Below the pieces are notes generated by a model that had not been told where the DNA came from, ran no database searches, and worked only from the letters and a program-made list of their open reading frames with translations. From Paraspadella gotoi (lineage: Eukaryota; Animalia; Chaetognatha), in NCBI GenBank assembly GCA_051294375.1, contig CM119264.1, forward strand, positions 23,444,858-23,508,857: a stretch of DNA of 64,000 bases, in the 5' to 3' direction. Below are positions 41,901-55,002 of this stretch, piece by piece (the first letter of the stretch is position 1; every line of letters begins with the position of its first letter). Made by a program: the position numbers and the translations under genes.

Positions 41901-42756
41901 GGTCTTCTGGGGATTTTTTTGGAAGTCGATCCAGGCTTTTGTTTCTGTTTGCGAGTGTGTGACTCTTCGTCGTCGTCGTCGTCGTCGTCGTCGTTGTCTT
42001 ACGTCGCCGACGTGGATATTAATTTAATTCTATTTTTAAAGCCATCAAAAAGTCAAACGGCAGCGGGTCGAAGGGTTGCAAAGCCGGGCGGCGAAGTTGA
42101 GCGGCGAATTCTAAGGGCGAAATTTCTGTTTGTCTTTATTTATAAGCGTGATTAAATTATTTGTAACTCAACGAATCGAATTTCTACGGTAGAAGATCGA
42201 ATAATTGTCATGAACATCCTACCATTTGACTTCATTTTGCCACACTTACTGCTTTATAAAATTCCTGATTTAAAAAAAATTAGATGAGTGTAAAAATATA
42301 AAATAAAATTAGATTACTGATTTAAATTAGATATAGTGAAAAAATAAAATGAACATCTTTAATAACATGTAAAGTTTCTTTTCATATTTAAACCATTTGT
42401 TTTTTAACGTTCAACTGACTAATCAATTTACCTAAATCTTTAATTTTCAACATTCAACCTTGATTTTCAACTTTCAAAACAATCTTCGGTTAAAAAAGAA
42501 TTTGGGTGGAAAAAAAATGAGAAGATTCAGAAAAGACGTTTCTCTCAGCGAGCCTTTCTCTCTCCCTCTTATTAAGTAAGACAAAGCACAGATTCTTAAT
42601 TGTTTTAATCATTTTTATTACTTGACTTTCTTGATGGTTATCGCTTTGAATAATTGGATAGGAAGGATTTCTGTAAAATTTTCTTTCTTTGTGTGTGTCA
42701 GGACTTTTTGTGTGTGTTCGTGAACTATCTCAATTTTTTTTGTGTTCTGTCTGTCC

Positions 42757-42825
<69 letters not shown>

Positions 42826-43774
42826 GATTTTTGCTTGACAGTTCCTTTCCACATCTCTATCAGCTTTCTTAAATCCCGCTTTTTTCTTTATTCCTTTTCT
42901 TTCCTTTGATCGATATATCAATCGAGTCTCCATCTATTGTACTTTTTGTGAGAATTTTTAACTCCAGGCTTCCTTATTTCAATAATGCAACAATTTTAAA
43001 ATAAGCGCTGACAAACGATACCAAGACGTCAAGAACAGCTTTTTATTTGTTCTCTGTATCGTTTAATGTATTAATCGGGCGTCCAGCTGCGAGAGTCACA
43101 AAGAATATTCTGTCCTCACCCTAGATGCTTCACCCTCTTCATCACTCGTCACCAATCAAACCCCAATCACCACCCACTCATCACTTCATCCACTTTGCAA
43201 TCACCACCCGGGTGATTATAACCCCTGCGATATAACACATTATTTTCTCTAATACAAACAAGCAACGCGGGCGTTTTTTTCTCTATCGTCGTTTTCNNNN
43301 NNNNNNACGACGTAACTCAAGGACAATTTACTTCATAAATATTTTGGAAAGTGGTCGGACGGGGACGAGAGACAAAAGACTCCATTCTTTTTTTATATTC
43401 GACAAAATTTTCGAAACGAGAGCAGGCATGGCAAGATGAAATAGAGAAAAATTAAAGCACGAGAGCAGAGAGAGAGACGAGACGAAAGAGAGAGCAGGGC
43501 GAGAGAGCAGAGAGAGAGAGAGAGAGAGACAGAGAGAGAGAGAGAAGTATGAGAGAGAGAGAGAGTTTTCTCATTGTGAAATTTAATAAAGGAGGGTGTC
43601 CGTTCAAAGGGGCCGCCTCAGAAAAGAGCTCGGATCGTGCTGGCGGTCGCTACATTAGTAATCTTTTCGAGTTGAGCAAGTATCGAGCTCATTAGCGAGT
43701 TGTGAAAAAACAATCGCTTTTGTTTTTTTGTTTTGCTTGACACAAACAAGAGAGAGAAGAGAGAGAGAGAGAGC

Positions 43775-43808
<34 letters not shown>

Positions 43809-45178
43809 AGGAGAGAAGAGAGAGAGGAGAGTGCAGAGAGAAGACGAGAGGAAGGAGAGAGAATATGAAACTTTTATAATTTTTTCCCTTTCTTTGGTGA
43901 TAATATTGTGATTTTTCTTTCAAGTAATGAGGCTCTCAAGAGCTCAGGGAAAGTGAAGAAGAAACCTGAAAAATTATTGTCAAAAACTTTTTTGAAAAAG
44001 GGTACGTAGAGAGAGAGAGAAGAAGAGAGAGAGCAGAGAAGAGAGAGAGAGAGAAGAGAAGGAAGATGAAGAGATGGAGAGAGAGAGAGCAGAGAATCAG
44101 TCACATTTAAAGCCTGATCGCGTCATTTTTCACGTCTTTTTCAAGGGAGGTTTAAAAAGGAACTTAACGGTCGCCCCATTAAGAATGCATTGAAGCCTGG
44201 GCCCCGCAATTCTTTGTGAACCCTTTCCTCTTTTTCTTTCCCGCGAGCGACACAGACGGTGATGGTTATTCCGACGGTGATTTATCAGCGGCCTACAGTA
44301 AAATGATGACCGAGGTTAATGTTTTATCAGAAGCGTCTAACGAGTTTATGATAATTTTTCGGTTTAACGGAACGAGCGAACCAAAACTAGTTCTGATACA
44401 AAAACTCAAGAATGTTTAATTAAATTGTCTTTCTTTTCATATTTTCTCTGTGTTCCTTTTTCAAGTTTTATCGTTAAAACCTGGCGCAACGAAATGTTTT
44501 TCTTTTTTCTTGCCGGCAAAGATTAGTAGAAATAAAAACAAAAGGATCAAAGGGAATCGCACATAAATAAACCAAACGGACGCGAACGAAGCACCTCCCA
44601 GGAGCGAGCGCCTTTGCCAAAGCCTCGCTCCCTGCCACTCGTCGAAGCAACAATTCCGGCACGCGCCACTTTGCCTTCAATCCAAAATTATGCACCGATT
44701 GTATCTGACGTGTGTTGTGATGTCTTGCGTTCCAGACTTGATTTCTTGGCCAGCGAAATTCAAGTCTGAGATTAATATTCTTCTGAGTTTTATATAAATG
44801 CGTCGAGTTAATTTTTTTTTTTAATGGTTTTTGATTTTTTTTTCTTTTTTTTTTTTTTTTTTTGGAAATTTTATGTTTTCATTTTTTCATATCAAGTCCT
44901 CAGTCCCGTAAAGCTTCTTTTCCGCAAACCCGGGCCTGTGAACCCGAAGAACCTAGAAGAGATTTCAAGTTTCCCTTCCCCCAGCTCAAAGCCGGTGCAT
45001 CGCAGTTCCGTCGTCGTCTGTCGTCGTCGCTCGGCGATAGCGTCCCCTTGTTCTTCTGTTTTCCCCCGCCTTCCGCCAGCCCCCGGCGGCCGCCATCTAA
45101 CGGCGAGCGGCGATTTCTAGCGTTTTCCTCTCGATCGCAAAAGACAAACAAAAGTCAGTCGGCGACGCTGCGGGAGAG
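42826..45178. repeat. Copy A of a ~2.4-2.7 kb direct duplication (copy B 49152-51860)
   Basis: Colinear shared unique anchors such as gcttgacagttcctttccaca, gatcgatatatcaatcgagtc, cagagaatcagtcacattt, ccattaagaatgcattgaagcc; the differences are mostly 1-2 nt indels. Confidence 0.9.
44248..44313 (+). other. Candidate short exon (DTDGDGYSDGDLSAAYSKM), duplicated near 50806-50880
   Basis: Pyrimidine tract plus AG and a GTTAAT donor-like site in both noisy copies; open frame in this copy; parent gene uncertain (possibly SoxD). Confidence 0.35.
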
Positions 45179-45612
45179 ANNNNNNNNNNNNNNNNNNNNN
45201 NNNNTCATGGTTAAATTAGCTACGAGAGTGAAAAAAAAATAATATAAGATACTACTTTGGTGCAGAGTGAAAATCCTTTAAACATTTATTTTATAGAAAC
45301 ATTATATGAATAACAATTATTAAGCCGTATGGGTTATCCTGTATTTATACAACACAAAAATATAAAAAATACCATTGTAGTACTCCCACATTTTTCTGTT
45401 TCTTCGCAAAAAGTAAAAGCAGGATGACTACTAAATTTACTAACACTTAGCATAACAACTTTACTGATCTCATCCTTACACCGTAAAGAAATACTTTACA
45501 AGGCAATATACTAAATGCATCAATCCGCCATGTTTTTAATTTCCTCAATGCTAATAACTAAAAATAGAAGGGGAAAGAAATAGCGAAAAAAAAAGAAGAA
45601 ACAAGTCTCTCA

Positions 45613-46805
45613 CCTTTTCCTCCTTTTGTCTTTTCATTCATTTTCAAGTGCGCTTCGGCCCGCGTTTGAAGAGACGTCGAATCTCGGCCGTCCCGAAACG
45701 ACCCTTTTATCATTCGATGCCCTGGTCTATTCCGAATTTAATTTCCTCCGTCACGCTAGGATCCTCGCCCTTCGCCCACACCGCCTCCCGGCTAACGCAG
45801 CATCCAGACTGGGTTACTCATTTGGCGAGAAGAGCTTCGCGTTCTGATCCACAAATTAAATAGTCATATATACTATAACTGACAAGAAATATTTCTAGAC
45901 GACATAATAAGATGCGCCATTAAGATGACTACTGTTGATTGAATACAATATAACATGTACATTAATTATTAACAATATTTATAGTTAAAAATAAGTGTTA
46001 TGAAACACTAAGTACCTTTTCTTCGTAAAACAACGACCGAGTTTGCCCAAATCTAGTGACGGACAACTTTATATGAAGACACATACCAAGACACATTACA
46101 GAGTCTCCCCTGCCGTTCCGCTTTCGGCTTCCCTTTGATCCATTCTCAACTTTCTTTGCTTCGGGTTTTTCCCTTCTTCATCTCTCTTCTTCTTTCCTAA
46201 CGAAGAATTCACCAGCAGAATCTGCATTGGACGGGAGGTATATCCTGTATCAAAACAATTATAATATTATAATTAGTTTTTAGTTACGTGTACCAAATTC
46301 TGAGGACAATTTAAGAAAAACTTAGAGAAGAAGAGAAAGACACAGGGAAAGAAGACTGGGCTCCTTACCTGGACAGATTTCTTCCCACGAGAATCTGGAG
46401 CTCTCCCGCTTCTTCTCCTTTTCAAGTCAATTCCGGACCACTAGAAAGACGCGTTTTAAGGGGGAACCTGAGGGGCCTCTCACGGGCACCCACTCAAATC
46501 CTTTTCTGAAAGTTAAAAGAAAAAAATAAGGTTCAATAACTTAAATTATATCCTTATATGGAATTTCACACTTAGAAAACCCGTAGTTACTATAACCTAT
46601 AGAAAAAGTTGCTATATAAAATTAATCTTAAGAATAACCTACAACACTCATAAAAAACTTACGTAAATCTTGCAGCTCCACTAATGTTAACATGCGATGA
46701 AGTCATCTATTGAGTTTTGCCCATACACTAATTTTGTAAGATACTTAGGATAACAAAGCCTCCGCTATTTTTATTCCACCCATCTACCCTGTTTACCATC
46801 GAGGA
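45613..46805 (-). CDS. Fragment of a multi-exon gene, possibly an RI-like leucine-rich-repeat protein; frame-disrupted
   Basis: Four GC-richer segments bounded by CAG acceptors and GT donors on the minus strand (about 46815-46662, 46505-46369, 46244-46016, 45843-45614) separated by AT-rich introns; peptides KIAEALL, YLTKLVYGQNSIDD and DLSGCP resemble LxxLxLxxNxL repeats. Confidence 0.3.
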
Positions 46806-46849
46806 ACTTAATATCCTGTGAGAATCGTGCGGAGGTTTCCTCAAAATCC

Positions 46850-49010
46850 CGCATTAGTCCTAAACGACCTGGCCCCGATGCCCACTCTGTCCCGTCCTTC
46901 ATCCTGGCCGATTCGGGATTCTTCCTGGGTCTACTCAGAACCCGCAGCATCCCAGGTAGCTGCTAACGCGGCTCCGTCGACGCTTAGTACGTCATTCCGA
47001 CCCCGTGACGGGTCGGTGTGTGTGTGCGGGGCCGACAATTTGTAAAGAAGTCGACTTTCTGGGTTTGTCGGAATCCGCGACTCGGGACTTCTTGTTCGAA
47101 CAACTTAGCGTCAGAATTGCCGCTCAGGAGAATCTTGACTTGTCCCGATTCCGAGATCGTAAAACTTAAATATACCTACAGCCCACTAATGTCGATCTTT
47201 GCACTCTTGGCTCTGGACCTTAAGAGGGACTCTGTCTCGTGCCAATATCAATCATACGAAAAGAATTTTCGAATCTCTTTATTCTTCTCTCAGATTCTTA
47301 CGCGACCTTTTCTCTTTAGCCGAGTCTTACGCACTCTACAGAAGACAAATGGTAAAAAAAAAAAGAGAGAGAGCCGAGAGAGAGGGAGAGAGGAATGAGC
47401 AGAAAGGCAAAAAGACGATTGAACTATGCCGCAGAGTGTTCGATCGCCTCCGAGAGCGAAATGTCACCGTAGTCTGTCCTCTTTGTCGCGGACTGTTATT
47501 CTCTCCTTTATTGTCGTTGGTCCATCGGGGGGGCCGGGGGAATTAAACTTAAGCTCTCGAAAACTACTATTCGCGCGGATTTCTGTGATTTTAAGGTGAA
47601 CCGAACCAGAAACCGTCAAGAGAGGAAAACAGCGCGAAAAAAAAAAAAAAAACAAGTATTTTTAAAAATTCATGATCGCGAAAATCTGGTAGCTCTCTTT
47701 TTTCTTTTTTTTGTTTTCTGGGTTTTCGACGCCTTCTCAGCGTTCTTCCCTACCTGTGAATTTTCTCTCAGTCATCCCCTTCGCTCCTACATCCTCACCC
47801 GCGCGACGATGTACAGGGTACGACAGTTCCACTAGTCGAACAGTTGCAATCTTCAGACTATTCATCGACTTCATTTCATCGGGACCATTTCATCAGGACA
47901 TTCATCGACATTTCAGATGGGGGATCCCTTCGAGTGGATTCAAGTTAAACGTCTCCTCTTCCGTCGAGAAAACCTCGAATGGAATGTCCGCAGCTCTCCT
48001 TGTTAGCGGGTCTGGTAACAGGTTTTTGTCTCGGATGGAGTTATTTTAGTGTCAAAGTGTACTAAATTCGCTCGAATTCTTTCGTACTGTTGATTCGTCA
48101 CGTTCGCAGTTGCTCCTGTGGATTCTGAACAACAATTGAATTTTATTTTCTTCAGGCAGGAAGGCGATCATAATAATATATATTACGTTGTCTTCGGATT
48201 ACGGCTCGCGGACACCGTCCATTGGAGAATGTCCTTATCTATTACATCCCTGCCAGTTCTGCACCCTCCATCTTCCTCTCCTTGCTGTCCCCTACTGGGC
48301 TGCCCCCCTCGAGAGACTTCCACCATACCTGAGCATCTCTCCGGGCATTAGTTCCCGTGTGCGTTGTTTAATTTTAAAAAATTTTCTTTATTCGAATTCC
48401 AGACATGAAGGATAAAAAGCAACCGAGCAGAGGATTCTGTTTCGAGATCTGCGTGCGTTCATTCCCATTCTCTTTCCTGTGTATCGCATCGTTTCATGTA
48501 TTCATACATTCCCTTATTTTTGCGATATTTTTATTCCGTCAGTTCTGGAATATTGAAGTTAATTCAATGACGGAGCGGTGATCAGCTTGCTGGGGTTTTC
48601 GAGACATACGTAATCAGTTTTCGATTGGATTTTTAAACCGGGCGGCGTAACTAGTGTTACTCACGCTCATTATAATTTCACTCGCTAGGTGGCTGGGGCA
48701 TTATGTTTCCATAGTCATATCTAACCCTCTTTTCTTTCCTTTTTCTCTCCCAGTTCAGACCTCATCCCATTTTTTAACTCCTGACTTTTAGTAATAAAAC
48801 ATGAGTTCAAACGGACTTTTTAAACATTCCTTGTTCTTCACGCTTCTAGTGTCGGATTTTTCAGATTTAATATACTCACTCGCTATTTTTTTTTGCTCAA
48901 TTATATTTTTGTCAACGCGTTTACCTTCTGCGTTTTCCGTTCGCTCCACTACAGTAGCCTGTCGCGGAGTCTTATTACCGGCGAATCCGCGTGTAAATAT
49001 GATCGATTCT
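46850..49010. repeat. Degraded inverted copy of about 55003-56420
   Basis: For example 48777 actcctgacttttagtaataaaa is the reverse complement of ttttattactaaaagtcaggagt at 55171, and 48914 aacgcgtttaccttctgc is the reverse complement of gcagaaggtaaacgcgtt at 55057; similarity decays toward 46850. Confidence 0.85.
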
Positions 49011-49072
49011 CTTCTCTTCCTGGCTCCCTTCTTCTCCGTTCTTCTCGTCCTCGTCTTCTCCCCTTCCCTCTG

Positions 49073-49103
<31 letters not shown>

Positions 49104-49151
49104 TCTACTCTCCTCTCTCTCTCTCTCTCTCTTCTCTACTCTCTCTCGCGC

Positions 49152-51860
49152 CAATTATTTGCTTGACAGTTCCTTTCCACATGAGCAATCCTCTATCCAC
49201 TGCTTTCTTAATATCCCGGCTTATTTGTCATTTATTTTCCTCGTTCTTCTCCTTTGATCGATATATCAATCGAGTCCTCCTCCATCTAATTTGTAACTTC
49301 TCTTATGATACGAGAATTTTTTTAAACTCCAGGCGTTCCTTATTTCGCTTGCGCAAATAGATCTAGCAACACAATTTTAAAATTAAGCGCTGACAAAATC
49401 ATATCACAAAGACGTCACAGAACAGCTTTTATTTGTTCCTGACTCGTTAATCGTTTACATTCTAATCTATGGGCGTCCAGGCTGCGCGAGAGTTCACAAG
49501 AATTCTTCACCTCGACCTCAGATGCTTCACGCCTCCTTCATACGACTCCGTCACCAATTCAAACCCCCAATCACCACCCATCTCATCACTCATTTACCAC
49601 TTATGCCAATACACCACCGCGGGTTCGAGACTGATTCATTATAACCCGCGCGATGCGATATAACACATTACTTTCTCGTAACTCACAAACAAGCCAACGC
49701 GGGACGTTTTTTTCTCTTTGTCGTTCCTACGTCGTGTTTGCTCGTCGTCGTCTGTCGGTTCTCGTTCGTCGCGATCGACGCGTAACTCGAAGGACAATTT
49801 TACGGTCAATAAATATATTTGGAAAGTGGTCTCGGACCGAGGGCAGCGAGAAGATGACAAAAGATCTCCATTCTCTTTTTTATATTGACAAAATTTTGAA
49901 ACGGAGCAGGCATGGAAGATGAGAATAGGAGAAAGATTAAAGCAGACGAGCATGAGAGAGAGACGAGAGAAAGAGAGACTAGAGAGGAGAGAGAGAGAGA
50001 GATGAGAGTAGGAGAGGACAGAGAGACGAGAGAGAATATGAGAGCAGAGAAGAGAGTTTTTCTCATTGGTGAAATTAAATAAAGGAGGCGTGTCCGTTCA
50101 AAGCCGGCGCCGCCTCAGAAAAGAGCTCGCGATCGTGCTAGGCGCGTCGCTAGCATTAGTAATCTTTTGAGTTGAGCAGAGGTTAGTCGAGGCTCAATTA
50201 CGCGAGTTGTGAAAAAAACAATTCGCTTTTTGTTTTCTATTGTTTTGCTTGACACAAAAGAGGGAGAGAGAAGAGAGATACAGACAGAAGTAGAGATGAG
50301 ATGAGAGCACACGGACGAGGAAGAGGAGAGGGAGAGGTCGAGGATGAAGACCGGAGAGGATAGGAGAGAGACATATGGACAACTTTTATAATTTTTTGTT
50401 CCCGTTCCTTTGGTTGAAATCATATTGTGATGTTTTCTTTCAAGTAATGCAGGCTCTCCAAGAGCATCAGGGAAAATGAAGAAGAAATCCTGAAAAATAT
50501 TCATTGTCAAAAATCTTTTTTTTTGAAAAAATGAGGTACGTATGAAGAGAGAGGAAAGACGAGAAGAGAGAGAGAGAGAAGAGAGAGCAGAGAGAGAGAG
50601 CAGAGGAAGATGACAGAGATGGAGAGAGAGAGAGCAGAGAATCAGTCACATTTTACAAAGCTGATCGCGTCATTTTTCACGTTTTTTCAAGGGAGGTGTT
50701 AAAAAGGAACTCTAACGGTCGCACCCATTAAGAATGCATTGAAGCCGGGGCCCCAATTTCTATTGTGAACACCCTTTCCTCTTTTTTTCTCGTCTCTCCG
50801 CGCAGCGCACACAGACGGTGATGGTTATTCGACGTGTGATTTAATTCAGCGGCCTAACAGTAAAATGATCGGACCGACAGGTTAATGTTTTATCGAGAAG
50901 CGTTCTAAGAGTTATATGATAATCTTTTTTTCGGGTTTAAGGCAGAACGAGGAAACCAACAACTAGTGTCTGATACAAAAACTCAAGAATGTTAATAGTA
51001 AATTAGTCCATTTCACTTTCATAAATTTTTCTTCTGTGTTCACATTTTTCAAAAGTTTTATAAAATAAAATCAATCGTAAGAGCCCAACGAAAATGTTTT
51101 TCTTTTTTCTTTGCCGCAACAAAAGATTGACTTCGAGATATACGAAAATTAAATATATTACTAAAAAGAAGGATCAAAGAGCGAAATCGCAATAAATATA
51201 CAACGGACGCGAACGAAAGCACCTTCCAGGAGCGGAGCGCCTTTCCCCTGCCCGCCACGGAGCATCAATCGCGTGCAGCGCCCTACCTGCCTCAGTCGCC
51301 AAAATACACCTTGCACGACTTTTAGATGATGTCGGTGTCCAGATGATTCTTGCAAATTCAGTGAGATCGAATTCTTGACCTCTGAGATAAATTCGGCGCA
51401 AGAATTTTTTTTTCTTAAATGCGTTTTGCAATCTTTTTTTTTTTTTTTGCAAATTTTATGTTTTTCATTTTTCATTCAAAGTCCTCAGTCCGCAAAGGCT
51501 TCTTTTTCCGCAAAACCGGGCGCTGTGAACCCTGCAAAACCCTAGAGGTTTAGAGTTTCCACTTCCCCAGTCAAAGCCGGTGTATCGTCATCTCGTCGTC
51601 GCCAGTTCGTCGCTCCGGCGGATAGCGTCCCTTGTTTCTTTACTGTTTTCCTCCCACCGCTTACCCGCTCCGAGGCCCAGCACGGCGCGCCATCCTTAAC
51701 AGGCGAGCGGCATCGATTTCTAGCGTTTTTCCACTCCCCCCCCTCACCCTTCCCGCCGCCCTTTTCCCGCGCCCCTCCCCATCCCTCCTCCTCGATCGCC
51801 CGCCCGTAGCAAAATTCCGCGAGGAGAAACAGAACGCGAACAACAAAAGTCGCTCGGCGC
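49152..51860. repeat. Copy B of the direct duplication of 42826-45178
   Basis: Same anchors as copy A; insertion-rich relative to copy A. Confidence 0.9.
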
Positions 51861-52067
51861 GATGGTGTAGTCGTGCGGGGATAAAGACGGCGCAGCTCGC
51901 GGGGAAAGACAAAGAGAGAGAAGGTCGGTGGCAACATAGAAAGTAGGGTTTACTGCCTAGTCTATTCACACCGCCTCTGTTTCTGACCGCGAAGAGGACG
52001 GAGAGAGAGAGAGAAGAGAGCAGAGAGAGAGTAGAGAGGTAAGCGCGTGATGCAGGCGACATAGTCA

Positions 52068-52105
<38 letters not shown>

Positions 52106-53062
52106 AGTAGTAGAGAGTTTTCCCAACTCGCAATGGGACGATTTTTTTTTTTTTTTTTTTTTTGAAAAGCCGACAAAAAAAACAGTTTTCTTTCCTTTCT
52201 GGTTTCTGCTCTGCTACACAAGACGCAACCGGTTAATGACCCCAAACTGCGAAGCATCCAAATCGGAGAAAAATTGGTATATGACTCTCTCTCTCTCTGT
52301 CTCTGTCTCTGTCTCTGTTTCCAAGTTCCAGTTTAATAAAAATTAAAAAGGACAGAAAAATCAAGAGAGAAAAGAAGTAACAAAGAAAAAACGAGAAAAA
52401 GAAAGATAGAAAGAACGTAGGAGAGAAAGAAAGAAAAAGAGAAACAGACAAAGAGAGAAATAAAGAAAGAATATACAGAAAAATATAAAGAAAAAGAACG
52501 AAACTAAAAAAAAAAGGAAAACCCAAGAAAGACACTCACACAAAAATCAAGATGAAAGAAATTCCAGATTTTTTTTTTCTTGTCCGATCGGCGGAATCTC
52601 GTTAGACGTAATAAAGAAGAAAAAGAAACAAAAGAGAAAAAAAAATATGAAAAAAAAAGAAAAAAAGAAAGAAAGAAAGAAAGAAAAAGAAATCTTCGCT
52701 CCTCATTAGAATTCAGGGGAAACGAAAGACGTAATACGAAGAGAGAAGACAATGGAGCGGCGGCGGAGGCGGCGGCGGCGGCGGTAGCGGCAGCGTAATG
52801 GTTTCGCGCGCCAACGAAAAAAACGCCCACCAACGCGGACCACCATATCTTTGCCACTCTTCTCAACGCCACCTATTTGCCTCCTCACATCAGGCATCAC
52901 GATGTCATCTTTATATTCACCTTGTTCAACTTCATTGTATCATGACATTTCCAGATCAACCATTTTCGAATACTTCACGGCCCGCCTCGGAATCACCGAA
53001 AAAAAAACAACAATGCCATCCCACCACTGCACTCCCCTTTACGGACCACTCTACCACCTCAC

Positions 53063-53827
53063 NNNNNNNNNNNNNNNNNNNNNNNNNNNNNNNNNNNNNN
53101 NNNNNNNNNNNNNNNNNNNNNNNNNNNNNNNNNNNNNNNNNNNNNNNNNNNNNNNNNNNNNNNNNNNNNNNNNNNNNNNNNNNNNNNNNNNNNNNNNNNN
53201 NNNNNNNNNNNNNNNNNNNNNNNNNNNNNNNNNNNNNNNNNNNNNNNNNNNNNNNNNNNNNNNNNNNNNNNNNNNNNNNNNNNNNNNNNNNNNNNNNNNN
53301 NNNNNNNNNNNNNNNNNNNNNNNNNNNNNNNNNNNNNNNNNNNNNNNNNNNNNNNNNNNNNNNNNNNNNNNNNNNNNNNNNNNNNNNNNNNNNNNNNNNN
53401 NNNNNNNNNNNNNNNNNNNNNNNNNNNNNNNNNNNNNNNNNNNNNNNNNNNNNNNNNNNNNNNNNNNNNNNNNNNNNNNNNNNNNNNNNNNNNNNNNNNN
53501 NNNNNNNNNNNNNNNNNNNNNNNNNNNNNNNNNNNNNNNNNNNNNNNNNNNNNNNNNNNNNNNNNNNNNNNNNNNNNNNNNNNNNNNNNNNNNNNNNNNN
53601 NNNNNNNNNNNNNNNNNNNNNNNNNNNNNNNNNNNNNNNNNNNNNNNNNNNNNNNNNNNNNNNNNNNNNNNNNNNNNNNNNNNNNNNNNNNNNNNNNNNN
53701 NNNNNNNNNNNNNNNNNNNNNNNNNNNNNNNNNNNNNNNNNNNNNNNNNNNNNNNNNNNNNNNNNNNNNNNNNNNNNNNNNNNNNNNNNNNNNNNNNNNN
53801 NNNNNNNNNNNNNNNNNNNNNNNNNNN
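53063..53827. other. Largest assembly gap (N-run); many others occur, often next to GA/CT repeats
   Basis: N characters. Confidence 1.
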
Positions 53828-54862
53828 AGGAATGGGAGGGGGATTGTCGCGAGAATAAAGGAAAAAACCAAATGCCTGAAATCATTTAAATCTTTGAAAA
53901 GGTTAAACGGACTTTCGACGGAAACTGAAAAGGGAAGGGATTGCAAGGGGAGGAAGGTGGGAAGGGAGGACGGGGAAAGAGAAATAGAGGGGAAGGGAGG
54001 GTGGAAGAGGAGGGGGTAACGGGACGTCTAAGTGGTGTTTACTTGGGGACAAGTAGGTTTGTGATGACATCAGATTAAAAGAGGATACATTTCTGATTTA
54101 TTATGGCATAATTATAAAAAAAAGAATGATAGAAAGAAAGAAAGGAAGAAAGCAAGAAATAAAGAAAGATAGAAAGAAAGATAGAAAGAAAGAAAGAAAG
54201 ATGAAAATCCAGACGAGAGACTAGAGTCACGTGAATTTTCCCTGCAGCTTTGATTGTTTTTGTCTCAAGGGCGAAAGACGAAGACCACACTCGAACTGAG
54301 ACACTCTAATCTCTTAGGCAAATTAAAATAATATTTTTTTTCTCATTTTTTTTTAAATAATATTTTCCTTCTCTTCTTTTCTGCTCTTTACTTTTTGACG
54401 AGACTCGACCAAAAAAAGGTAATTATCATTAGTTTTAAACTGTTAACATGTGACTTCTGTGTTAATTCCCTGTTGAATGTTAAATTTAATATAAATTATT
54501 ATCAGGTACACCGAAAAAAGGGGAAAAAAGATAAGAAAACAGAAAAGAAGAGAAAAGAAGAGAAGAGAAGAGAAGAGAAGAGAAGAGAAGAGAAGAGAAG
54601 AAAAGAGAAAAGGGAGAAAAGAGTCGAAAAGAGAAGAGAGAATTCTGGCGAAGCTTTGGAAGCTCAAAGGGGGTCAANNNNNNNNNNNNNNNNNNNNNNN
54701 NNAAAGAGAGAGATAAGCCTCTTTGGGACTTCATTAATAAAGTAAACATTACGAAGATAAAGGAGGAGGAGGAAGAGGAGGAGGAGGAGGAAGAGGAGGA
54801 AGACGGAGGGAGAAAGCGAAGAAGGTGCAGAAGACACACGAAGAAACTCCCTTAAGACAAAA

Positions 54863-54893
<31 letters not shown>

Positions 54894-54894
54894 G

Positions 54895-54929
<35 letters not shown>

Positions 54930-55002
54930 AGAGAGAGAAGAGAGAGAAGAGAGAGGGGGAGAAGGAGAGAGAGAGAGATATGAGAGAGGGGGGGAGAGAG
55001 AG

